64,000 nucleotides of DNA from contig CAZNCN010000008.1 in assembly GCA_964571635.1 (NCBI GenBank), positions 1,608-65,607 of the forward strand, written 5' to 3'. The notes beneath the pieces are model-generated. The model searched no databases and was not told the DNA's origin. It saw nothing but the letters and a program-made list of their open reading frames with translations. Below are positions 57,268 through 64,000 of this stretch, piece after piece. Position numbers and translations under genes: made by a program. Origin of the DNA: an uncultured Ruminococcus sp. (GTDB taxonomy: Bacteria; Bacillota; Clostridia; Oscillospirales; CAG-382). The first letter of the stretch is position 1. Each line of letters starts with the position of its first letter.

Positions 57268-58434
57268 TTATCTTTTTGCATCGATCGCGTCGACGCCGCA
57301 CTTCAGCCTTTCGAGTCCGTCATACAAGACCTTTCTAGGGCAGGCGACGTTCATGCGGACAAAGCCCTCTCCGCCTTTGCCATAGTGACTGCCGCCCGAC
57401 AAAAACAGACCTGTTTTTGCACGAATCTCTTCTGACGGATCGTTTTTGCCGTCGTATATCGCTTTGCAGTCTATCCAAAGCAAATAGGTGGCGTCTGTTT
57501 TTTTTACCTTAAGACAGGGGATATTTGAATTTATATATTCTACGGCGATACGCTTGTTCTCGTCAATGTATTCTCGCAATTCGTCAAGCCATTTTTCGCC
57601 CTTTTCAAAGGCGGCAACCGCTGCCACCGTCGCAAAGGCGTTCGGCTCGGCGACATCGTCGGTGTTGAGCCCACGCCAGACCTTGTGGCGCAGTACGGGA
57701 TCAGGCACTGATACTGCGGCGGTCTGCATACCTGCGAGGTTGAACGCCTTGGTGGGCGCCATGCAGGTTATGCTGTTGTTTTTTATTTCTTCTGAAACAG
57801 AAGCGAGCGGAATATAATGCTTGCCCGGTGCGGTGAGATCGCAGTGTATCTCGTCGGCGAGCACGATGACGTGGTGCTTTAAGCATAGGTCGCCTATCCT
57901 GTGCAGTGTGGGCTCGTCCCATATTCTGCCTATCGGGTTGTGAGGATTGCACAGAATCATCATGGCTGCCTGCTTGTCGGCAAGTTTTGCCTCGAGGTCA
58001 TCAAAATCGATCTTATAATCGCCGTCCTCATAAATCATGACAGACTCAGAGATGACTCTGCCGCTGTTGACGGCACAGTTAAAGAACACGCCATAGCCGG
58101 GGGACAGCAGAACTATTTTTTCGGCAGGGGTGGTGAGCTTGCGAATGATGCTCGATATTGCGGGCACGACACCTGTGCAGAATATCAACCAATCCTTTTG
58201 CATCGTATATCCGTGTCGTCTGCTCCACCAGCCTGTGTAAGCGTTGTACCAGTCGTCGCATATGTCGGTGTAACCGAAAATGCCGTGCTCGACGCGTGAG
58301 ATTAAAGCCTCTCTGATTTCGGGTGCGGTCTTGAAATCCATGTCGGCGATCCACATGGGCAGTTCGCCCTGCGCGACGTCCCATTTTGAAGAGCCTGTGC
58401 CCGACCTGTCGGTTATTGTATCAAAATCGTACAT
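57268..58434 (-). CDS. MalY/PatB-type PLP-dependent C-S lyase (cystathionine beta-lyase-like aminotransferase fold)
   Basis: MYDFDTITDRSGTGSSKWD N-terminus is typical of MalY/PatB. Also LCNPHNPIGR and APTKAFNLAG. Confidence 0.8.
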   Translation of the reverse strand: MYDFDTITDRSGTGSSKWDVAQGELPMWIADMDFKTAPEIREALISRVEHGIFGYTDICDDWYNAYTGWWSRRHGYTMQKDWLIFCTGVVPAISSIIRKLTTPAEKIVLLSPGYGVFFNCAVNSGRVISESVMIYEDGDYKIDFDDLEAKLADKQAAMMILCNPHNPIGRIWDEPTLHRIGDLCLKHHVIVLADEIHCDLTAPGKHYIPLASVSEEIKNNSITCMAPTKAFNLAGMQTAAVSVPDPVLRHKVWRGLNTDDVAEPNAFATVAAVAAFEKGEKWLDELREYIDENKRIAVEYINSNIPCLKVKKTDATYLLWIDCKAIYDGKNDPSEEIRAKTGLFLSGGSHYGKGGEGFVRMNVACPRKVLYDGLERLKCGVDAIDAKR

Positions 58435-58446
58435 TTCGGCGCTCCT

Positions 58447-59289
58447 TTATGCGTTGCGGCAGATGATGCGTGTCTTTTGCGGATCGACCCTGTCGCTTTC
58501 TATTATCAATTCGCCTATCGAATCGGCGGTGATAACGCCCGACGAGGGATTGATGACGCTGCCGATGTTGCCGATTATTTCGACATCGACAGACGAATAT
58601 TCAAATGCGAGCGTGGTGTTGATGAGCTTGCAGTTCTTCATGACGAGGTTCTGGATATAGCACATGCCCTGCAGGCTCTCGACGGTGCAGTTTATGAGCG
58701 TGAGGTTCTTTGCGTTCCAGCCGAGATATTCACCCGAAATAAACGAGTCGTATACCGTTATGTTGTCGCTGTTCCAAAAAGCGTCCTTTGACAAAAGCCT
58801 CGAATTGCGTATGACTGCATTCTTGACACCGTCGAACGAATAGTTGCCATAGAGCGTGAGTCCGTCGATGTTCATATTCTCGCTGTTCATGGCAAAATAG
58901 TCGCCTTTTGCGGTTACGTTGTCAAGCACTACTCCGTCGCAGCTCCAAAGTGTCTCTGCGGCGTTGATGAACGAAGTGTTTTTAATATTGACGTTCTTGC
59001 TGCGCCTGAAGTTTTTGGGCGCTTCGAATGCGCAGTCGGACACTGTTATATTTTCGGTGTACCATACGCCTGCTCGCGCCATGTCAAACCAGACACAGTT
59101 TGATGCGGTTATGTTTTTTGAATACCAGAGAGGGTACTTCCACTTAAACATACTGCCGACGAGTGATATATCGCTGCTCTCTTTAAGCGGCGACTCGCCG
59201 TCTGCAAATATGCTGTCTGTTATCGAAAGGTCGTGCGATGCAAATAATGCACGCTCGCCCGTGAGCAATTGTGATCTTATTTCTTTCAT
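58447..59289 (-). CDS. DUF3737-like parallel beta-helix protein
   Basis: GERALF...DGESPLKES...FKWKYPLWY...ARAGVWYTENI, plus repeated N-I/V-x-V turns. Family assignment is from memory only. Confidence 0.5.
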   Translation of the reverse strand: MKEIRSQLLTGERALFASHDLSITDSIFADGESPLKESSDISLVGSMFKWKYPLWYSKNITASNCVWFDMARAGVWYTENITVSDCAFEAPKNFRRSKNVNIKNTSFINAAETLWSCDGVVLDNVTAKGDYFAMNSENMNIDGLTLYGNYSFDGVKNAVIRNSRLLSKDAFWNSDNITVYDSFISGEYLGWNAKNLTLINCTVESLQGMCYIQNLVMKNCKLINTTLAFEYSSVDVEIIGNIGSVINPSSGVITADSIGELIIESDRVDPQKTRIICRNA

Positions 59290-59333
59290 GATGTTATATT
59301 TCCTTTTACTTATCTTTTCGGAAGAATTTTGCC

Positions 59334-60173
59334 TTAAAGCTGCGATCTGACATAGTCCTCGACCTCTTGCTCGGTCTTTTGAATGTCAAAGAAACTTTCG
59401 TCACAGAGGTACGCCAAACCGCCTCTGTTGCCGTTGACGCCGTATTGTATCGATGCATAGAATTTGCCGCCGCCGAGGCAGTCGATGCCGTAGGGGGTTG
59501 AGAACTGATATTTGCGCAGTATCTTTTTGAAGTCGCCCGACACGCAAAAGAGCGTTTCTTTGGGCATATAGGGCTCGGGGCCGCCGTAGGTCGAGAACCA
59601 GAATTCGTGTGCATCTGCATCATAGTCGAGGTTCTGAATGCCAAACACCGTGTTGCCTGTTGGAACGTAATATTCGGTCTCATATACGCCGTCGGTCGTC
59701 AATTGCAGGATGATCTGGTTGCTGTATTTTTCGCCCGTGATGACTGCGCAGGCGACAAACATCTTGGTTTCACCTGTAACGGGATCCGGCGCAAACGTCA
59801 CGCCGTCAATGCCGCGAAAGCCGCGCACGTCGCCGTCCTTGCCTGCTGCCTTTTTATATTCGTCGCATATTTTTAGGTCGTAGATGTCGATTATATGCAG
59901 GTCGACGGCGTCAAAGACGTATATGCAAAAACCCTCCCAATCGCCCCATTCGTGACCGGGCAGTGCATTCTTCATATAGCTTGCATATATCTTGCCGTCG
60001 TGATAATCGCAGTCACCCAGGTGACCGCCGTATATCTGCACCTGTGCACGCATAGTGCCGTTTAGAGTTGTTTTGACCAGGCTGTCGGTGAAAGACCAAT
60101 ACATGTGCTCGCCATCCGACGAAAAGCCCTGCAAATGATAATTTTGATGTTCGACGCATAGATGCTTCATCAC
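59334..60173 (-). CDS. hypothetical protein (repeat-rich, possibly beta-propeller-like)
   Basis: 279-aa ORF. GTG 60173 or ATG 60170 follows GGGTGG. No motif recognised. Confidence 0.55.
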   Translation of the reverse strand: MMKHLCVEHQNYHLQGFSSDGEHMYWSFTDSLVKTTLNGTMRAQVQIYGGHLGDCDYHDGKIYASYMKNALPGHEWGDWEGFCIYVFDAVDLHIIDIYDLKICDEYKKAAGKDGDVRGFRGIDGVTFAPDPVTGETKMFVACAVITGEKYSNQIILQLTTDGVYETEYYVPTGNTVFGIQNLDYDADAHEFWFSTYGGPEPYMPKETLFCVSGDFKKILRKYQFSTPYGIDCLGGGKFYASIQYGVNGNRGGLAYLCDESFFDIQKTEQEVEDYVRSQL

Positions 60174-60208
60174 TTTTTTACCACCCTTTGACTATTGCTG
60201 TTTGCGCT

Positions 60209-60238
60209 ATTTTATCACAAACAACACCACAAATGCAA
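60209..60238 (-). promoter_or_regulatory. candidate sigmaA promoter (extended -10) for the 60173..56130 cluster
   Basis: Minus strand TTGCAT (60238-60233), 18 nt, TGaTAAAAT (-10 at 60214-60209). Confidence 0.55.
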
Positions 60239-60359
60239 TAGCAAATATCTTTTATTGACCGCCACCGTTGCCAATTATCAACAAAAGTTGACAAATAATT
60301 GAGGTTTATTTGCTTTTTATGGTGTATAGTGCTCCTCGAAAGTGAGAGGGAAAGACAAT

Positions 60360-61247
60360 ATGACACGAAATATAATTTTATACAATCCTTTGGCAGGCAG
60401 CGGCACGGGAAAGGCCTCTGCCGAAAAGCTTAAGGAAAAGCTTTATGCTCAGTCGCAGTTGACAGATATCACCGCGATAGATGATATGAGGGCATTTTTG
60501 CACACGCTCGATGCCGATGAAACGATAATAATTGTCGGCGGTGACGGAACGCTAAGCAGGTTCGCCTGCGAGATCGACGGCATTGATGTCAGACAGAAGC
60601 TGATGTATTATGCGGCGGGCAGTGGCAATGATTTCTGGACGGATCTCGGCTTAAAGCAGGGGGATATGCCTGTCGACGTTTCGTCGTATATCAAGAACCT
60701 GCCCGAAATAGAGGTCGGCGGCGTAACCCGCAAGTTTCTCAACGGCATAGGCTATGGTATAGACGGCTATTGCTGCGAGGTCGGCGACGAGTTGCGTGAA
60801 AAGCACAAAAAGATAAATTATACGGCGATCGCTGTCAAAGGGCTGCTGTTTCACTATAAGCCCCGTGAATGCACCGTGACAGTCGACGGACGCGAATATA
60901 CATATCGCTATGTCTGGCTCGCGCCGACGATGAACGGCAGGTTTTATGGTGGCGGAATGATGCCCGCTCCCGAGCAGGACAGACTTTCTGCCGAGGGCAA
61001 AGCATCGGTCATGCTGATGTTCGGTGCGGGCAAACTGCGCACATTGTGCGTGTTTCCCACTATTTTTTCGGGCAAGCACGTCGAGCATAAAAAGCTCGTC
61101 GATGTACTTTCGGGTGATGTTATAACAGTCAGTTTCGACAGACCGACACCCTTGCAGATCGACGGCGAAACGGTGCACGATGTGACCTCGTACACTGTCT
61201 ATTCTCGTGCGGCGGTAATGTCACGCCGTGAGAAAGCAGTGTGCTGA
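60360..61247 (+). CDS. diacylglycerol/lipid kinase family protein (DAGK_cat, YegS/BmrU-like)
   Basis: NIILYNPLAGSG...IIIVGGDGTLSR motif. ATG 60360 follows GAGAGGGA. Confidence 0.8.
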   Translation: MTRNIILYNPLAGSGTGKASAEKLKEKLYAQSQLTDITAIDDMRAFLHTLDADETIIIVGGDGTLSRFACEIDGIDVRQKLMYYAAGSGNDFWTDLGLKQGDMPVDVSSYIKNLPEIEVGGVTRKFLNGIGYGIDGYCCEVGDELREKHKKINYTAIAVKGLLFHYKPRECTVTVDGREYTYRYVWLAPTMNGRFYGGGMMPAPEQDRLSAEGKASVMLMFGAGKLRTLCVFPTIFSGKHVEHKKLVDVLSGDVITVSFDRPTPLQIDGETVHDVTSYTVYSRAAVMSRREKAVC

Positions 61248-61320
61248 ATTAATTACAATTATTTTTGATTGTTTCATTTGATAGCTTCTTCATAATAAAT
61301 TCCTTACTCCTCCAAGCACA

Positions 61321-61349
61321 AAAAGAACGCCACCGCGAGCGTTCTTTTT
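61321..61349. terminator. bidirectional terminator shared by the convergent lipid-kinase gene and spoIIP
   Basis: AAAAGAACGC-caccgcga-GCGTTCTTTT stem, with T/A runs on both sides. Confidence 0.7.
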
Positions 61350-61365
61350 GTCATATAAATAATAA

Positions 61366-62409
61366 TTACGAATTTTTGAGCACCGACGCCAGACAAACGC
61401 CCAGCATTTTTGCGGCGGCCCGTGCCTCAGTTATCGTGTTGCCGCATGAGCCTATCTCGGCTATCAGCATACCCTTTGAAAGGCTTTGATTGAACGGTGA
61501 CGATCTGATATTGACGGGACGCGCCAGCGTGGGGTAGCGACTGTTCATCTCGTCCTGCAATTTCACGGCAAATGTCAGATTTGATTGCCAATTGGGGTGT
61601 GTGCCCATCTCATCCGTTCCAACGACCAGCATGATCTGCGCACTGTCTGTTCCGCCTATATTGCATATCGGCTTTTGATTTTCGCCATCGGACGTGAATA
61701 TTGAATCACGGTGCAGATCTATGACGCATTTGATGCTCGGATATTTTGCCAGATAATCCTTGACAGCCTTTTTGGAACGCACATATGAGGTGTTGAAATC
61801 CTCTGTGTCGTGCATCGTTTCGTCGTGTATGACGCCGATGCCGTTTTCGCGCAAGACTCTTGCAAGCTCTCTGCCTGCCGAGACAACGCCACGCTCGGGA
61901 TCGAAGCTGCGGTATGTTTCGCCGTCGGGATAGGTGCTCACTCCGTCACCGAGATAGCATTCGCTGCCGTGGGTGTGTATTATCAGCACCGTCGGCATTG
62001 AAATATCGGATATTTCAAACGGCATTGGGCGGCTCAGATATTTCTCGAGCCTTATGTCGTAATTGCTGTAGTTGACGGTGAAGAGCGACGGCGCTTCGCC
62101 TGCCTCATACCAGCACAGATTGACCGCCTTGACTGCGTTTTTGTATTCTTCAAACGATGCCTCGTCATCGGTGTCGCTTTCTGCAAGGCTTGTGTCGCTC
62201 ACTGATACACTTTCGTTTTTTGTGGGCTCTGACACGAGAGGCAGCCAAACGATGTCGTCAAACGGCAATCTGCGTTCTTGCAGCGCATCTGCGATAGAGT
62301 GGGGGAGCGCTGATGCCATTTGCGGCAATGTCATAAACAGCGCCACTGTGATCAATACGGCGATAAGCAATATAAAGAACTTTTTTATTTTTGGCAGACT
62401 GAGATTCAT
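61366..62409 (-). CDS. spoIIP: stage II sporulation protein P
   Basis: N-terminal TM segment, LIIHTHGSECY, DLHRD, and a C-terminal NQSLSKGMLIAEIGSCGNTITEA signature. ATG 62409 follows AAAGGA. Confidence 0.88.
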   Translation of the reverse strand: MNLSLPKIKKFFILLIAVLITVALFMTLPQMASALPHSIADALQERRLPFDDIVWLPLVSEPTKNESVSVSDTSLAESDTDDEASFEEYKNAVKAVNLCWYEAGEAPSLFTVNYSNYDIRLEKYLSRPMPFEISDISMPTVLIIHTHGSECYLGDGVSTYPDGETYRSFDPERGVVSAGRELARVLRENGIGVIHDETMHDTEDFNTSYVRSKKAVKDYLAKYPSIKCVIDLHRDSIFTSDGENQKPICNIGGTDSAQIMLVVGTDEMGTHPNWQSNLTFAVKLQDEMNSRYPTLARPVNIRSSPFNQSLSKGMLIAEIGSCGNTITEARAAAKMLGVCLASVLKNS

Positions 62410-62439
62410 GTTAAGGCACGTCCTTTCGCATTTTATATA

Positions 62440-62468
62440 ATTATATGCGAGGGCTTGCACAAATATTA
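62440..62468 (-). promoter_or_regulatory. candidate sigmaE-type (mother-cell) promoter for spoIIP
   Basis: Minus strand TAATATT (62468-62462), 14 nt, CATATAAT (62447-62440), compared with the B. subtilis sigmaE consensus ZHATAxx-14-CATACAHT. Overlaps the gpr stop codon. Confidence 0.5.
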
Positions 62469-63377
62469 CTGCGTGCGGTATTCGTTGATGTCACGATAGG
62501 GAATGCTTTTGTGCAAGGCGAGGTTGATGCCGTCTGCGATGAGCCTTGAGGCTTCTCTGATGATTATATCGTTTTCTTTGGGAGATACAAAAAGCCCTTT
62601 GCCGTCGCCTGAGCAAAGAGCGTCAAGCAGATCAGAGCAGTCGTGGCACGTTTCACCGAGACGTGAAAGCAATTGCTCAAACAGATCTGACGCAAGCGTC
62701 GCCGCATCGACCACGGTCGGCATTCCTATGGCGATCACGGGAACGCCCTCTGTGCTTTGGCTGATCTCGCTGCGACTGTTTTGAACGCCCGAACCGGGAG
62801 TGATACCTGCATCTGTTATCTGCACGTTCGTGCACAGCCTCGACAGCCGCCGTGAGGCGAGTGCATCAATTGCAATAATAGCACGAGGCTTGATCTTTTT
62901 GACAATGCACTTGATTATCTCGCCGCTCTCTATGCCCGTTTGACCGAGCACTCCGGGTGCGATTGTCGAAACCTCACCAAAGCCTATCTCGTCATATAAT
63001 TCGCTGCCCAAAAGCTTCAGGTGACGAGTGACGATCACCTTGTCTGCCACGAGCGGGCCGATAGAATCGGGCGTGATGTCACGATTTCCTATGCCCGCTA
63101 TCAGCACACAGCCGTCGTTTTGAGGCAATAATTCGCTTATGATGCTTGCTATCGCCTCGGCTCTGATACGCCGCATCGATGCAGGCATTTGCCAGATCCT
63201 GCCGATGTCAAGGTTAAAATATCTGCTTTGCGGTACTTTTTGAACGCCTGCCGCGCATGAATAGCTTATGAGCACATCCTTATAAAAACGCTCTTTGAAC
63301 AGCGTGCCGTCGTCAGTGCCGCTCTCAACTGCCATTTCGTGAGATTCTATTGCAAGATCGGTATATTTTTCAAACAT
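62466..63377 (-). CDS. gpr: germination protease (spore endopeptidase GPR)
   Basis: YTDLAIESHEM...IAGIGNRDITPDSIGP...IAIDALASR...VIAIGMPTVVDAAT. ATG 63377 is preferred because ATG 63446 overlaps the putative -10. Confidence 0.85.
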   Translation of the reverse strand: MFEKYTDLAIESHEMAVESGTDDGTLFKERFYKDVLISYSCAAGVQKVPQSRYFNLDIGRIWQMPASMRRIRAEAIASIISELLPQNDGCVLIAGIGNRDITPDSIGPLVADKVIVTRHLKLLGSELYDEIGFGEVSTIAPGVLGQTGIESGEIIKCIVKKIKPRAIIAIDALASRRLSRLCTNVQITDAGITPGSGVQNSRSEISQSTEGVPVIAIGMPTVVDAATLASDLFEQLLSRLGETCHDCSDLLDALCSGDGKGLFVSPKENDIIIREASRLIADGINLALHKSIPYRDINEYRTQ

Positions 63378-63427
63378 AAAGGTTGACAAAGCTCCTTTTT
63401 TATGATATAATTCCCGTTGCCAATTGA

Positions 63428-63434
63428 TAGTATG
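63428..63434 (-). promoter_or_regulatory. candidate forespore (sigmaG/F-type) -10 element for gpr
   Basis: Minus-strand CATACTA matches the sigmaG -10 consensus CATxHTA exactly. The -35 is a poor match (best is TAATA at 20-nt spacing). Confidence 0.3.
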
Positions 63435-63477
63435 CTCTGTTTGCATAGGATTTTTATTATTTTTTTTGATTTACCTA

Positions 63478-63506
63478 TTGCAAAACAGATATTTTTGTGG
63501 TATGAT
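63478..63506 (+). promoter_or_regulatory. sigmaA promoter of rpsT (extended -10)
   Basis: TTGCAA (63478-63483), 17 nt, TGgTATGAT (-10 at 63501-63506). Confidence 0.65.
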
Positions 63507-63550
63507 AAACGAGTTGACATTATTAGTATTTTTGATAGGAGGATCTATCC

Positions 63551-63814
63551 GTGCCCAATATTAAATCTGCAAAAAAGCGTGTTAAGGTCACCGCAACCAA
63601 AAACCTTCAGAACAGAATGTTTAATTCCGCTCTCAAGACAGTTGTCAAAAAGTATATGACCGCGCTCGAAGCAGGCGACAAAGAGGCAGCTGCTGTTGTT
63701 TATCAGCAGGCAGTCAGCAAGATCGATAAGGCTGTCGCCAAGGGCTTGATGGCAAAGAACACTGCCGCAAGACGCAAGAGCCGTTTCACCAGACTGCTTA
63801 ACCAGATGGCTTAA
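63551..63814 (+). CDS. rpsT: 30S ribosomal protein S20
   Basis: PNIKSAKKRVKVTATKNLQNRMFNSALKT. GTG start 8 nt after AGGAGG. Confidence 0.95.
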   Translation: MPNIKSAKKRVKVTATKNLQNRMFNSALKTVVKKYMTALEAGDKEAAAVVYQQAVSKIDKAVAKGLMAKNTAARRKSRFTRLLNQMA

Positions 63815-63885
63815 TCCGTTTTTGACAAGAATAACTCGGCGCAGGGTGGGGGTCAGAGCCTTCCCTGCCTGCCGTGTGATCTTCT

Positions 63886-63956
<71 letters not shown>

Positions 63957-63986
63957 TAGGTTTCAACAACATCAACAATAATAAAT

Positions 63987-64000
63987 GTGCCTTTAGCTCA
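63987..64000 (+). tRNA. 5' end of a further tRNA, truncated by the window edge
   Basis: GTGCCTT-TA-GCTCA fits acceptor strand plus U8/A9 plus the start of the D-arm. Identity cannot be determined. Confidence 0.35.

Noticed and set aside
56211-57338. 375-aa plus-strand ORF antisense to the Gfo/Idh/MocA oxidoreductase gene.
   Set aside because: It is antisense to a canonical Rossmann-fold gene. Its Ala/Val/Asp-rich composition is typical of the reverse frame of GC-biased codons. The same logic applies to 15196..15837, 19621..20271 and 42063..42638.
60239-60359. SigmaA promoter for the lipid-kinase gene using TTGACA at 60288-60293 or TATAGT at 60325-60330.
   Set aside because: The two hexamers are 31 nt apart, and neither has a suitable partner at 16-19 nt spacing.
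63815-63885. TTGACA at 63821-63826 as a tRNA-Gly promoter, and the GGCgCAGGG...CCCTGcctGCC hairpin as an rpsT terminator.
   Set aside because: No -10-like hexamer lies 16-19 nt after the TTGACA. The hairpin is bulged with a 16-nt loop and no U-tract. tRNA-Gly is more likely co-transcribed with rpsT and processed.

Overview
This window is a gene-dense, almost entirely core chromosomal segment of a spore-forming Firmicute of class Clostridia. PolC plus DnaE, AddAB, spoIIR/spoIIE/spoIIP/gpr and a cohesin-dockerin gene suggest a Ruminococcaceae/Oscillospiraceae-like organism, but that is inference only.

Layout:
- nt 2-35210: 24 consecutive plus-strand CDS. They comprise a discoidin-tailed protein, an orphan 497-aa protein, uvrB-uvrA, a split TIGR03960/TIGR03936 radical-SAM pair, a lipoprotein, pyrH-frr-uppS-cdsA-dxr-rseP-ispG-polC, an Lrp-type regulator plus aminotransferase, ispE, spoIIR, addB-addA plus a coupled 118-aa ORF, spoIIE, and a degenerate Gfo/Idh/MocA-like gene.
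- nt 35270-63377: 19 of 23 CDS are on the minus strand. These are serC-serA, murB-whiA-dnaE-PBP1A-response regulator-histidine kinase, trmL-mnmE-mnmG-rsmG-NUDIX, tRNA-Gln, a four-gene accessory-looking metabolic cluster, and gpr-spoIIP.
- Plus-strand islands in that span: a CPA2 antiporter with an MgtC-family gene, a cohesin-dockerin protein, and a DAG-kinase-family gene.
- Window end: rpsT, tRNA-Gly and the first 14 nt of another tRNA.

I found no CRISPR array, IS/transposase, integrase, prophage or recognisable defence or toxin-antitoxin module, and no convincing new multi-gene system.

Best leads for follow-up:
- a 223-aa 'mini-WhiA' that seems to lack most of LAGLIDADG domain 1
- a 118-aa ORF translationally coupled to addA
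- a class A PBP with a Cys-rich C-terminal extension, sitting next to an intramembrane-sensing two-component system
- a combined cohesin+dockerin protein with a degenerate second Ca loop
- the uvrA-coupled radical-SAM pair
- an AT-rich palindrome-laden intergenic island
- a sharp convergent strand-bias switch at about 35.2 kb

All functional calls rest on motifs recognised by eye in the supplied translations. No database search or computation was run.
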